A stretch of 64,000 nucleotides of DNA from Lingula anatina. Taxonomy: Eukaryota; Animalia; Brachiopoda. The translations under genes and the position numbers were made by a program. Under the pieces are notes generated by a model, which worked only from the letters and a program-made list of their open reading frames with translations, did not search any database and had not been told where the DNA came from. The stretch is taken from the NCBI GenBank assembly GCA_051362555.1, contig CM120643.1:24866848-24930847 (forward strand), read 5' to 3'. Each line of letters starts with the position of its first letter. The first letter of the stretch is position 1. This document shows positions 13,286 to 27,628 of the stretch, one piece after another.

Positions 13286-13518
13286 GGAAAATATGAAGAT
13301 CCAAACAACGCTTTAAGTGATTGCTTTATGACCTAAAAAAGCCTGTACTTTGGTAATGCTTCGTTAGTGAATTCAAGTAAAGGACTGATGTCTAATTGAC
13401 ACAAAGTAGATTATTAAAAGTAAAAAAACACAAATTTAACATTTGTTTCAATTTATCATTCAGAAAAATAGGAAAAACTGAAAGTGATGGAAAAAAGTCC
13501 ATTTGAAATGTCAACTCT
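13286..13518 (+). repeat. Interspersed repeat family E, copy 1
   Basis: Collinear with 21561-21803 (ggaaaatatgRagaYccaaa...actgatgtc...tttatcaKtcag.aaaataggaaaaa...aaatgtcaa). Confidence 0.65.
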
Positions 13519-14547
13519 CTACCTCGTCATTTACCTTATTGTTGGATCAGATATACCTTAGTGACTTTTGAGATTTTTAACACTTTTTCTTTTCCTTTAT
13601 AAAGGTCTAACGTGCTTTGCTTGCCTTTATGTGTTCAGTCAGCTAGAATACCACAGCCGTCTTTTAATTATAGTATCGCTAAAATCATCATTAAAACTAC
13701 TTAGCGTAAAAGCATGTGCTATTTCGCGGGTTTTGAAATAATGGCTGGCTATTTACTGCAGCTCAACAGTGACTTAAAGCCGACAGAATTTACCTAGGAT
13801 ATTTCTGGTTGTTTTTTTCTTCATCTCTGTCAAATCACACTCATTGCTCAACAGTTCGATTCACCATGTTTGGGTGTCACTTTTGTAGTGTTTTCTTAAA
13901 CGTAATTACTGACGCGAAGAGTAGCATCCTACCGTTGAGAATTGGGTCCCGCCTCAAACGGATTCTAGCATGTTTGCTTGTCTTGTGTGACGTCACGCAG
14001 TGCCGACAACCTCGTTTTAGGCAAACCAGCATGGTCACCATTGTGAACTTCATGGTTCGTTATATGGTAACTTAATTACCACAAATATCCGTCATCAATT
14101 GTGGCCACATTGTACCTCAACGACTTTACACGAATATCCTTCAAAGAAAAAATGCCGCATCATTACAAAAGGCAAATAATTTGACTTTAGCACGTATAAT
14201 TTGCATTGCTACAAAATAATATTTTTTGTATAAGATGGTACTCAAAAACCACCAAACGGTTTGTACATTTACCTGTGCAGCGTACACTGACAAACATGCA
14301 CCAGAAAATAAAAAGAAAAAAAAAGAAAAATCGGCTGCCACGGAAACTAGACATTCTAATTTCATATACATGTACCGTATTGGCACAGATGAGCTGATGA
14401 GAGCTAAAATCGTGTACTTGGATGACAGGGATTTGATCAAGCAGAGGAATACACGTAATCTATTTTCCTGTGACTAGAAAATGTCAAGATGTATCATGCA
14501 CTTGTTTACGTAATGTGCAACGCGGTTGAAAATAATGTTAAAGTAAA

Positions 14548-14884
14548 AGGGATAACAACTGTTCATTTTGGGTAAAAAATGAATTTTCCTGGCTTAAAGG
14601 ACAATTTTCTCATACTTACCAATGGTAAATGAATCCATTCCCACATTCAAAATTAGTCCCTGTTTTTTTTTCTAAAAAAGTTTGTTTTTTATATGATCTC
14701 TTAAGAGATTATAACAGAATGTAGCTATCTATGGAGGTCACGTTATGTGATGACAAGCACAAATTCTAAAATAATTGTGTTGACCGGTGTTTTGGGGCTA
14801 AAATAGAATTTATTGTATTTTTTTGAGTTATTAACAATGTATTTACTGTAAAATATGGATATCTTAAGGCCGGTTGTTATCCCT
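14548..14884 (+). mobile_element. Kolobok-like MITE, copy 1
   Basis: TIR AGGGATAACAACTG...CGGTTGTTATCCCT flanked by TAAA/TTAA. Inverted diverged copy at 27286-27628. Confidence 0.75.
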
Positions 14885-17800
14885 TTAATCTGAAATAAGG
14901 TTCGAGCACAGGTACCTGATGCGCATTAAAAAGGTCTCTGTTTTACCGCCAATGGTTACGTATATTTTTCCAGAAATATATACTGTTTTCTTTTAAAATA
15001 AAGAAATATTGTGGATGATACTGACTTTCTTTTAGACAATGCGTTTCCAAGCATACGCAAATGAAATTCGAGGGACCCCTCCCCCCCCCCCCCCCAAAAA
15101 AAAAGGAAAAAGTATTCGTAAAGTTTCATATGCTAACAAGCTTAGGCTATATACAGTACATGTATGTTCTTCTCAGTCTGAAAGGACATTTTACGTGTTT
15201 TAGCTTGCTGGTTTAAAAGCACGTAAAAAGTGTAACGATACAAATAAGCAACATTGCAAGGAAAAGGAGAAAGATGTTGTTACATGTGTTTGGCCGCAGT
15301 AAAACGAAGGAAACAACTGATATCAAAATTTGTTTGCGGAACAGCCACAGAGTAAAGAAACTAACAATATATATAACAACACGTGTACAAGAAGGAGGTA
15401 TTCACCCAAATCATGCCACCCTGACTAATGTAGTAAGAGAGCTACACATGCTTCATCGAGATATTTAACAAGTGGTAATGATGAGGATATTTTTAAAAGC
15501 AACACGTGCTTTCCCCTTCATCTTGTGGCTAAAAGCACAATTTAAGTATGTGAGTGTGTGTGTGCGTTTTTGGTTAAACAAATGAGCAAGAGAAGATTCC
15601 TTATCAGCCCCCCCCCCCCCCCACCCCCGTTTCTTGAACTATATGACTGGTGTAATAAAGACTACTGAAAGAACAGCATTGGATTGTTTTTCCTTTTTCT
15701 CTTCATAAATTCTGCAATTACGGAACTAAGTCCTTATCCAAGCTGTGTTCACTTGGCATATCTTTTATGAGGTCAACAGGCAAATCAATGACTGGTCTTA
15801 TCTTCCTTGGCCCAGTCTAACACTCTTCACAAAATATCGTCAAATCACTGATTCCCCCTCTGTACGTTTTTCGGTGATGCGTCCCTAAACGAAATAACTT
15901 CTTGGTCGTCGAAATATCTCGAGTCTCTTTCGCGAACATTTTTTGGTCCGATAAGCGTTGGTCGAAACCTCCATTGGTCTGTTTCACTCAATCGACTAAT
16001 TGCATTGTGTTATCGGAGTAGCGTGGAGGTCAACTTGTTTCTCGGCTAACGGATTCTGGATGGAGAATTCTCTCAGCGTGCATTTTGGTTGGCCTCACGC
16101 GTAATGTTCCGATAGTACCAGAAAGCTGCTGAGCATGCAGCATTGACTCGACAACATGTTAGGTACATGTTCGAGTTAAATCGTCTTGTGAACCAACTAA
16201 TAGTTCTGGGACCTGTTAAACAGCACGTATGACAATTGTCTTTTTTTGTCCTTAACTTAGCATAGAAAAATACTCGTAGTTAATTAACAACGTAAAGCAG
16301 GCTTTGGGATATGCATTGCACATGGTGATTGTGAAGGAATTGATGTAGATGAGATACCTAAATGGACAACTGTAACCAATGAAAGCTTATTACAATTTCT
16401 ATGGAAAAAGATGCCAATGCAAATACGTTTTGGATTATTTGAAAGAAAAAAAAAAACAGTGGGACGAGGTAAGCAGCCTTGTGGTGTCTTCGTTAAACAA
16501 ATGTTTTCGACTAAAGATCTCAGCAACCTTTCCTTAGACTAATCTTTGATCGTAATTGTTTTGGAAAAAAAGGCCTTGAACAAATGAACTTGCTGCATGT
16601 AAGCCGATCTGTAAAATAAAGATACTTACAGGAGGATGGAAACTGACAAGCGCAAACGACACGCTACAGGAAAATCCTTCGAAGATCAAAGGAAAATTGG
16701 ACCAAAAACCATTTTTTCATGTGGAGCTACACTGATACTTCGCAGTGGGGCTCTTTGTTGGGTGATGTTCATCATTAAGTACTTTTCGTGTCTGGTGTTG
16801 GGACTACGTTAAGATTAGCGTCGATTGCGTTTTCTGGGATTATCATGAGGAATATGCTAAAAGAATTGTCTTATGCAGGCCATTCCATATCCGTCCCTAC
16901 ACTCACGCTTCAGGCCATACTATTTCAATTTAATGTTTCAAGGGCGGTTTATTGTTTTAAAGGTATCACAATAGGGTCGGTGTAAATGTTATTCAAATTA
17001 AAATGTCAATGTTTATATAATGTTTATGTGACCTATACATTACGGTTTAGGTGACATTTAACCTTAAAAGAAACAATTTCTCTCAGAATAATTTGTATTC
17101 TAATTTGACTGCTGTCTAAAGAAAACTTTGTCGTATACGTCTTAGTACATAGCGCGACTGTGAGAACTGTTTCCCGGATAATACGGTAGCTCGAAATAAT
17201 GGTGAACGTAAGCAAACGTCATTTTGATGACAGTAAGAAGTCGACATTTCACCAAAGACATTATTTTTTAAACATTTTGATCAATTTAGGATCTCAATGG
17301 CACTATGAAAAACTATTCAATAAAAACCTGTAATGACACGACAAATGGTCCATATCGAATAGATATTACCTGTGAATGAAAACGCTCAGGCGTATACACA
17401 TACAGCGCAGCCATTTAATGTACAAAACTTTGCAGAAATTACCCAAGAAATTTATTTCTGCTCTTTAGATACCTTAAAATGTCAAGTGCAAAAGATGACC
17501 TTGTGAAATCCACCCAAAAGGACAAGTATAATTGAAGAACGTGTGGTCTAATGACACTTGACATTCACGCAAATAACATACCTGCAAGGTCGAGAAGAAG
17601 TACATGGGTTCTAATGCAACGAAGTCCTTGAAAACAACGTTCAAATGTCAGCAATCAGAGAGCACTAACTTGGTTGTAACTACATTAATATGCCAGTCCA
17701 CTAAAGTATACATGCAGTTATTGCTATGTCACTGTAACCAGTTTTTCTTATTACCAGAATGGCTTTAATTTTGAAACACGACACTATTTTCTGGTGGCTA

Positions 17801-20800
17801 GAATCACTATTGAAAAAACGAGGCCAAAGGCCAAAGACACTAACTTCGATCTTTTTAAACCCTGATTTTACAAGTATCTTGCATGAAAAGTTGAGAATGC
17901 CAGCAACAAAACACGTGTTCTTGAGAGTTTCTAGTACCTGTACTTACCTTAGACTTGAAGCTGTTCATTTTTATGTGAATGATAGATGAAATAGTTGAAA
18001 AGCATTTAGATCCTTTATGTCTCAATACAGCACCAAAGAATATGAGATAGATCAAAATGTTGTTAAAGAACCACTTTTATCAAGCTTGAATTTGAGAGTG
18101 CTGACAGTAATCTGGCTGTAAGCATCACACGCTCCCCAAATGAAACATAAACACACCCACCTATGATGAGTATAGAGGTGAGGGGCCGTTAGTGTCCGTA
18201 CCGCAAGGTGCTTCAATTTTGATGAGGCAGCTCTTACGAGCAACTTTGGACAATTTGGTGAAGTGGGGTAACAGTGGGGGATCCTACATATCACTGCAAG
18301 AAGGGGGGGAGGTACCCTAAGTTACAAAGGTTGCTGGGCACTCACATCCTTCATAAGAATGCTGTAGTGGAAACGACTGAGACATGCTGCTACAACAGAG
18401 GCGAGTTTTCCGTAATCACTGAAAGGCAGGGTGGATAAAAGGGAACGGGCCCAAACTAACTGATGATTTACTATACCGGTACATACACATGGGGGCAGTT
18501 GCTATCTGTGATATCCCCTCGTCCTCACCGTAGATGCATTTGACTTGGTGATGTTAAACACAAATGGACATTAAAACATGAGAGACTGCACTAGCTTCTT
18601 GTTTTTTCTTTTTAAATCATAAAGATCAATATTTCATTACCGACAAGACGGCTTAGCAAAATCAAAGCACTGACGCAATGGTAAACGACAGCACTTTGAA
18701 TCTACTGAAACTGTGCCAAACTCATCATGTATGAATAAAGCATTCTAAAAGGCGATGTACAATTACTAATTAAAAGTCGAAAAGCAATTGAATAGTGCAC
18801 AAGTCCCATGAGTTCTAAATTTGCTTCCTTGACTACGGCAGCATTAAACAACCCGTTAATTTCTTTCTGCAAAGTTCCTGATTAAGGCCAAGAGCAACAG
18901 CAGTACATAATAAATTCATAAAAGAAGAGTAAGTACCATTAATTCCTCAACTCACCGCCAATGCCGCGGGGAGCTGGCTACAGCCACTGTGCTGCTGTTT
19001 ACATCCAAGGTGTTTCAGTGGCAGGCTCACCAAGCTGTTACCGATTCCAACAAAATATGACGGCCAACAGACCATACAGGCCCGCTAATGGAGGAAGCCA
19101 TAATTGATATAGAAAACCAAATCCCGCGAGTGGGTTTTAATTTCCTTCGACAATTTTAGCTTCAATCCGAGTCCCGCATCTCGCATTTACAACAGAGAAA
19201 ATTGGCCATGAGGCATTTGCTGAAACAGCTACATCTGTACATGTACCGTATACATTCTGTACGATCTTTAGAAACATATAAACAAGCATTAATAAATACT
19301 AAAGGATTGCCGTACAATACAGTCTGTTAACAAGTGCAATGATGAATGATTAATACATAAAGGACCTCTGCTGAATTTATCCCACATACTAAATCATGCT
19401 CTTCAACGCTATCATTTGACGTGGCTGTCTAACCGCCACCTCTCTCGTGCTATTCCTAGGCATTGCACAGCTACAGATGATCCCAACTGGAATCGATAGT
19501 CTACCCATGACTTCTGTTTAACTGCCGTATCTCAGACGAACATAGCCCTTCAAAGGGGTTCACCCAACCTTGGGAATTGAATCGGGTAAAGCGTTATTGC
19601 ATGCACTTCACTTTAGGTTTGTCTGACTTAAACTGTTATTCGTTTTTTGTATCACCTCAAATGAACATAATGAACGACTGTGGGTATGTTCTTCACTCGT
19701 TCTAACACAGAAGACGCCGTGGTTTGTTTTCACCCCCTTTTTTTTTGCAAAGTAAACAGAGTCAGGCAGGAAATGAAACTGCTCGGACTAGGCAACACAA
19801 CAAATGAAAGCGGAGACAGATATCCCCAGGTAATCTTCTAGAAACATAAGTATATTTGGTCTGACAGCTAAGGACATTCATTGTGAAACAGCTCTAAGAA
19901 CAAGACAGCAAGCACACTTACATTATGACCATTGGGAACTGCCCTTAAGGAAATGGACAAAGTTTTTAAAATGTCAGAAGTAAAAGAAGAAAAAAACAAA
20001 GAAAATGAAGATTAAATCTACGATCTATAGACCGGTGTGCAGGGGCTAAATAAATAAATAAATAAATAAGTAAATCGTGTGCAGAACTGTGCATGATAAA
20101 ATATACATGCACATGCGCATTTTATGGTTTTATAGTATTACCAGACATGGGGAAAACTTTGGAGATACTGGAGGTTGTTCGGGGTACCATTTACTACAAG
20201 AAATCTGCAGGTTCTCCCAATCCTCTGCAGGTCTGAACTAAGTATTTTATTTTCGTTAGTCTATGTATTGTATTTTTACATAAATATCGCCAGTCCAAAA
20301 GACTTGTGATGTACAGTTTTCTATATGCATATCAACTAACATATCTGTGTTTCTCAGAGTTTCTGTTATTGTCGCTATTATTCCTAGGGAAATACCATTA
20401 GTGTTTTGTTTTTGCGAAGCATGGTTCTGTCAAAAAAAGTGTCCATATGCATAGAAGAATTTGAAATTTGGCATGAAAGCCGTCGGTTTGGCAGTGCGTA
20501 AAATGAGCTAAGCAGTGTTTTACAAATTTGCTAATCTGTGGCATGGCACGAAAAAGACAGACATTGCCAGACAAATTGTTGCGCCAAACAGAACGGTCCG
20601 TACAGTTCTGTACAGTACAGTGTAATGCCCAGACTGATGTACCTACACAGAGGCCACGCCATATGTATACAAAACTTACCACCAGGGTACAGTACTCACT
20701 GTCCTTTCTGACATGCTGCTGCAACTAAACAAAAACCACCCAAGCCGTTCAAAATAAGGGGTAAATTGCCACCAAAACGCTTTTTCATAGACCCTTAGCG

Positions 20801-21560
20801 AACACTAAACTGGTTTCAGCTTAGTAGAATACCAGACGACTTCAGAGAAACCCACTGTAAGCAGCAAAAACAATCGTCGTCTGTTTCTATATTGAATTGG
20901 GGACCACGGCCGTTTTTGGGTAGAACACTGACTTTCTTTAATTAGGTCAGATTTCACCTGTACCGCTCAACTTATCAAAATAGAGTTTACAGACATCCAG
21001 AAGAGACCTACGACGAAAAGTGTACCGCGTCTAAAGTGACTAGGGTCATTGACAGCGTCAGTATTTGGAGTGGATACCACATTGGTGCCAAAACACCAAT
21101 GGTAGTCATCGATGAAAACTTGAACCAGATCCAATAAAGGAACCGCTTGACTATCATTTGATAGGGGGCTCCATAGGAACAATTTTAGGTTGCACAGTTA
21201 TATTTCCGGTTGACACAGATCACTTTTAATAGCAGATAACTTGCAGAACCAAGGGAATGAGCAGCTACCTTGGTCATCAAAAATGCATATTTGAACCACA
21301 TAGACAATATATGGGATGGCCATTACTCATTACTCACAGAATCAACGGCTTACATGTTCTACAACAAAGCTGAACCAAATTGGACATGCCTAAAATGTTA
21401 TTCCAGATTTAACTCTAAAAACCTATCCCAAGGAATGCCTTGTCGCTTGAGAGTCCTGGTAGCAGCCAGATGAGGGCAGACGTAACAGCGACTGTTGCTA
21501 TGACTTGATACTGACATAAAGGTCCTTTGTAGGACGTGTAACTCTTTTACAGATAATATG

Positions 21561-21803
21561 GAAAATATGGAGACCCAAAATATCGCTTTTAGTGGTTGTC
21601 GTATGACTTAGAACAGGCAGTGTATTTTTGTTTGCTTCAGTGGCAAATCCAATTAATAAACTGATGTCACTGTGACATCGAAGAGATAATTAAAAGTTAT
21701 TAAAACACGATTTTTATCCTTATTTTCATTTATCAGTCAGCAAAATAGGAAAAAACCTGATGAAAAACGATTTAAAAAAATATTCCATATTAAATGTCAA
21801 GTC
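21561..21803 (+). repeat. Interspersed repeat family E, copy 2
   Basis: Collinear with 13286-13518. Confidence 0.65.
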
Positions 21804-22029
21804 TGTATCTTAACACGCTATGTAAGACGTTTTTTCTAGGCGTCTAACTCTTGATCTCATATACAATCAATAACTTTTTTATAGTGGCTGACTTTTTACG
21901 ATCCAGCCCTACGCGTATCATCGAAAATTTATTTACTTGGACGTGAGGGCAAAAAGCACTCCGATTAAGTGTTTTCTCCTTTGTCCTCAATGTCAACTTC
22001 ATTTTACATGAAACAGAAATCCTAGTAGA

Positions 22030-22335
22030 AAAATTGAACATAAAAATTGAAAAACTCTTTTGGCAGGAATTAAATAGCTGGACCTCAAGCAAATTAAGGA
22101 CATACAAAACAATTTGAAAATCTTATGAATGTGAAAATTACATCAAAATGAGTGTCTCCCCCTTAGATATAAAAACACTGGTAAAAATAAGACAAAGTGA
22201 CCACGACCTGGCAATAGATACATTACATGCACAAACCCCAAAACTCCACTTGATGAGAGAAAATGGAAAGCTTGCAACTGCATAGAGGATGAAAAGCACT
22301 TCCTCGTGGTATGTACAAGATACACTGTTGAAACT
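22030..22335 (+). mobile_element. Decayed non-LTR retrotransposon ORF2 C-terminus (RTE-X-like)
   Basis: Reads SSKLRTYKTI*KSYECENYIK..LVKIRQSDHDLAIDT, then after a frameshift KTPLDERKWKACNCIEDEKHFLVVCTRY. This is the SKLRTY / H.L.IE / C..C..EDE.HF...C signature. Confidence 0.75.
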
Positions 22336-25300
22336 GCAACCGTGGCACGACAACAAATGTATTGTCCTTTCAAAAAGTCTTTGTTACGACTGATCTTACA
22401 TCAAATACAGTACTTTCTTCACGTCCGATCACTGGTGTATCTCTCTCGAATTACGCTCCAAAGGTTTTTTATAGTATAGGGGCACATGACCCACGTGACA
22501 CTAAAAGGGCGCTCACACCAGCTGTACATTTTCATTACATCTATTCACATACTTAAGCTACTTATATTAAGGTACAATGTACTATTACATATTTATATAT
22601 ACATGTGAATAATTGTACCCTATTACAAAAGGCAAAGAATGCATGATGAACTATTGAAAATCGATGTAGTGGGTCTAGAGGACAATGGTCAGGTATTGCC
22701 AATTCTCTTTAATCCACCCTGTGAAAAAAGTCTCAAAGCAATTTGTAAAGACTGCTGTTAAAATACATAGTTCACCTGCAATTTAGTACATCACAGCCAC
22801 TAATTGATGATAATGCTGTGAATAGCTTGATTAATTTTATAGCTTAACATGCATTATCACATGTGTAATTTTGCATACTACATATGTAAACATATAGAAA
22901 TGTATTTCCTTATGTAGTCTAGAGAGCCTGCAAGTGTATTCATATCATTAAGTGCTCAATGAACTTTTTATTTTTATTATTTTCCATTTATTCAATACAA
23001 TAATTAATTTCCTGGAACAATTCTATATTTTGCATTTCCGTTTTCAGTTAATATTGTAAAGTTATGTGCAGGATAACACCTTTTTCTTATTTCGAAGCGC
23101 AATAATTAAAAATATTTTAATTACGTCAGGTAAGTCACAAAGAAAATATTAAAGTCGAAATCAATATTGTGATACTTTATGCGCCTCGTTGGCAAGGGGT
23201 TTTAACAGTTTTGAAGACAATCCAGTCACTTTTTTGCTGCACGTCATTTAATATAGTGACACGACTGGCTGAAATAAACCTTAAATTGTACCAAAAACGG
23301 ACCACATTCGTTCATTGCCATTCAGTAAATATTTTTTGAGATACCATTTTCAGTTTCTTTTCCATTTAAAAAACAGAAAGCGAGCATGTCAAACATTTCA
23401 TAAAAACAGCTAGCCTTGTTGACAAAAGATAGCAAGATGGCAATCCTGTGCTAATAGAAGTGCACATTAGACCATGAAGACTGACCAAAACCCACTTTAC
23501 GTCTTTAACTGATCAATAAGGGACGGCTGTGATTGATTCATTAACGATAGCCATTGGGGGAATCAAGAGCTGTTTAAATTGAATTCTAGAAGGGGTAGAC
23601 ACGGATGTACGCACAGGGGAGTAATTTGACCCATCAGGTCTGGTAATGGACTTCGATTCGTCCCAATTTGCCTCTTCTTGCCAATTTTCGGTAGCGGTTT
23701 CAACTGTTAGGCTGCAAAATATTTATTGAACCCACGCGCCCCCCCCCCACCCACCGAAAAAAAAGGTTGAAAGGAAAACGCACAGCATTTATTTGAATAA
23801 TTAATAAATCATGACAGTCCTATCCTATACATGACAGCAAGAATGAAAAATATTTAATGTCTTTTTGAAAACTGGATAAAGACTTACTAGTATTGAAATT
23901 GACGTCAAACACATGCATACGTCAAGAACTCTCCCGTGAAATGGCCCTAAGAGAAAACGAACATCGTCTGTTTTCGTGCGGCTTGATGGAAGGAGTAATG
24001 TTATAAGGTTTCATCAATAAACACATTCTTTCTTACGTATACGTATACAGAATACAGGTGACATTCAATTTAGGTGGTGAGAAGTGAAATAATATTCCAT
24101 TAATGCTATGGGTATTATGAAAATATATTATAGAATATGGCAATGTAGTAGGCCTACTCTGCAAAATGACAAAGACAAATATGTCCAACACTCTGGACTA
24201 CGTTGTTTTACCGGCACATGTAAGACTTTCAAATGTTCCACAACAAAGGGGATATGATATTATAGCCACGCCTTTATCTTAGCAAAAAGGCCAACAAGTA
24301 AAAACAATAATTAAACCAAGGAACGTAAGTATTAATTCATGGAGGACTACAGCTCGTTAAACCCTTTCTCTCCATTGGCAGACCAGGATGGGTTTGGGGA
24401 GCATAAGGCAGAATTAGAAAGCATGTGCAGGAGACGATACAATATTGTATTGTAATACTGTCGGCTGTAATGTAATGGGTACGGAATGAAACTTGATTGA
24501 CTTTGTCTCCTCAGGCTATTGCATTTGTACATCACGGAAAATATCATGCACGGGGTTATGAAAGGTGTCGGTTTTCCAACAATTCAGTTGTGATTTCGAT
24601 CTGAATTAAACAAAAACAAAATCTCCGCCACTGTCAGCATTATCAACACTCTTTAGCGAGATAATCAGAATGATGACGACGGAATGTTGCTAACGAGATG
24701 GATATAAAATGACGTCAGCAGCAGCAACTCAATCCTACCGTACTAGTCAGCAAGAAAAGGACCGGGTAATGAAAAATATCATGCAACCCTGGGATTTCTC
24801 TCCAATATTTCGTTTTCAATTACTTCCAATGACAAGTCATTCAGTAATGACAGAAAGGGATTCTAATGCATAAACCCTAAAACCCACTCAAATGTTTCAT
24901 TCATAAAAAGGGTGAAACTATAAGGAGAAAATACTTTGTCCTCTCCAGTGTTTCCCTCAAAGTGCATTTACCTCTCTGTCTGCTTTTTCTAGTTGGGCCA
25001 GTTCAAGCTGCAAGTGAATAACCTCTTTATGCAGGCGAGGAAGACAAATCTATTCAGATTGTGCGATCGGTGACATGGCTTATCCGCAGTAAAGACATCA
25101 CTTACAGGTAAAATGATTCAATTTACAGAAATTAATAAATCAGGGTTCGCAGCACTCACATGAAGTCGGCTGATCTATTAGTCTGCTTCGCTGAATGCAG
25201 TACTTTGCCATTAAGCCGTCACCTGTACAGAAGCGAGCACAGGAAGTCCTGTTAGGGAGATTTACCACTGAAAAACAATATAGGAAGCGATAAATTTCCA

Positions 25301-25541
25301 TCAATCTAGAATTAATGGGACATTGGCCAACAGAGGCACTATTACGTTGTTCAGCATCAAGTTGGGTTTTACAGTGGAACAGAAAGTAAAATAGCATAAA
25401 AGGCAATGTCCGCTATTGATTTTGTTAACCATTAGACTTTTTGATTGACTTCTCTAGGTAATTTTCGAGTCCATTGTTTTCTTAATGCGTTGTAGACATA
25501 CTGTCACGGCACGAACTGTATATGATTGAATGGTGCGGGGA

Positions 25542-25588
<47 letters not shown>
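25542..25588. repeat. (AAT)n microsatellite
   Basis: Directly visible. Confidence 0.95.
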
Positions 25589-25590
<2 letters not shown>

Positions 25591-26119
25591 GGAGGTTCTC
25601 TCATTCTTCCTTTTTTTGCGATTCCTACACCAGCAGAACAATATTCCACAGACATTGACGATAAGATAACAATGAAAAAATAGCAGGCCCTATCACAGGA
25701 ACTGCTTTCAAACAAAAATAAAATAGATACGTAAATAGCCGAATTTCCATATCCCAGCTTTCTAGTTTTATTTCTGCGATAAGCCTGATGACACAATACA
25801 ATACGATTGCGTGTTTGAATTAAAAAAAGCAGAAATTCTTGCTAAATATTGTCTGACGTAAAGAAGCTCTTGTCAAGGGCAAACGGGAGGTTGTGGGCGT
25901 CAGTTTTAATCACGCTGACTCTTAGACCTGGATCACACTGAAGCTTGCAACTTCTTGGCAACTTTTTTAGCAACCTCAGTCGCAAAGAGACTGCCATAGG
26001 TTTTTAAGTGGGCACATAAGGTTGCTAACAGGTTGTCATCGATCGTTGACACACGAAGGCATTTCTTTTGCACCTACTGAAGATGAAAAATATCTTATCT
26101 CAAAGGTTGAATACTGTAT

Positions 26120-26500
26120 TTGTTTGCAATTTACTTGATCCTCACCCTTGTTTCAGAAATCTGGACACCTTTTGCAAAGGCGCTGAAATATTTTTTTCAT
26201 CTGCAAACACCCATTAGGCAAGGTCCCTGAAATGTTTATTTATTTTTCTTCTGAATTCACACACTCACACGTCATCGACCTTGATTTTCAACTACATTAC
26301 AACTACATCTGATGTGTTTCAATCACAGCTGTTTACGGCCAGTTCTCCGTTCTCTTGATTCCAAATATTAACCCTGAACAGCAAACGCCTCACTCAGTAC
26401 TAACTCTTTCTTGGAGATAAATAATTTTCTTGCACTTGATCAACAAATGCCTTCCTATATAACCCCATCTCACTCTCTTAAAGATTTTTGAATCTTCTCA
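26120..26500 (-). mobile_element. Possible heavily decayed Gypsy-type gag fragment
   Basis: Minus frame *DGVI*EGIC*SSARKLFISKKELVLSEAFAVQ resembles gag RD.FI.GI...R..LL....LTL..A. Many stops, weak match. Confidence 0.25.
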
Positions 26501-27285
26501 AACATCAACATAGGTTTCAGATCTGGTCAGTTACGATGTATTTTTATAGCTATCCGGCAATAACAGAATGAATTCAATCATGAACACGATGTATGAGTAG
26601 ATACATGACATACATTAAGTGCCAAATTCCTCTGGTACAGTCTTTCATACATTCAAATGATAAGCCTATGAATAGACAGACTGCAATGAAAGGGTAGAGT
26701 TATCATGGCAACTAATAAAGAATATTATCATTCGTATGATTCACTCCTAATAACAATTTAATATCTGTGGTTTTCTAATCAGCAGTTATACCTTGAACTC
26801 TTTGAGTTACCCCACCTAAAGAAGATGGCAGGATGAACATCGACAGCTTAATTTTTCAAATAACTCAACAAACTAGTAGCCGCTTATTTATGAGTATCCT
26901 CACGTAACTGGTGTTTCTTGGCTTGAAAGCCCTACAAACCGACAAATTTTCCCTGTCTCCAATTGACCGAAATAACCATTGACCCAAATAACCTTCACGT
27001 AACCAATACTTAGGGATCGGTGTGGCAAGAATGTAGCCCTAGGAATGAAAGTACAGTACGTAGGGCTGCCATATGATTAGTTGACATGAAGGTAAGAAGG
27101 GTTAACCGGAAGAGCCGGTCAAAATATGAATATGGCATCTGTTTAAATGAATGGGAAGCGGACTATACCCTTCCTGACGCACCGGGTTCTCAGTAGAGCT
27201 TTACAAAGATCGGTGGTCCTAACTTATAGACAAAAAATTATCTATTTCAGTTCAAGATTCATCCGCAGAAGTAAACTTAAATTAA

Positions 27286-27480
27286 AGATATAATAACTCT
27301 TCATATTAGATCTATATTTCACAATAAAAATCATTGTAAACAACTCTTAGAAATATAATATATTCTGTTTTACCACAAAAACGGCAGTTATAGCTATTAT
27401 TCTGATATCTGAGCTTGTCATCGGACCACCCGACTTCCATAGATGGCTATACTCTGTAATACTCTCTTAAGAGGTTATTA

Positions 27481-27514
<34 letters not shown>

Positions 27515-27628
27515 AGGGACTAACTTTGAATGTAGAAATGGATTCATTAACCATTGGTAAGTATGGGAAAATTGTCGTTTACTCCAGGAAAATTTATTTT
27601 TTGGTCAAAACAAACAGTTATTATCCCT
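27286..27628 (-). mobile_element. Kolobok-like MITE, copy 2 (inverted)
   Basis: TTAA|AGATATAATAACT...CAGTTATTATCCCT|TTAC. The interior is the reverse complement of 14548-14884 with an expanded A run. Confidence 0.75.

Noticed and set aside
21270-21473. ORF with W..H....L....Y...W.C.KC resembling a PHD finger of a LINE ORF1
   Set aside because: Most zinc ligands are missing. Possibly a retroelement relic but not supportable as a gene
24701-24720. TATAAAA adjacent to a perfect CRE (TGACGTCA)
   Set aside because: The CRE lies downstream of and abutting the TATA-like sequence, and no transcript model follows
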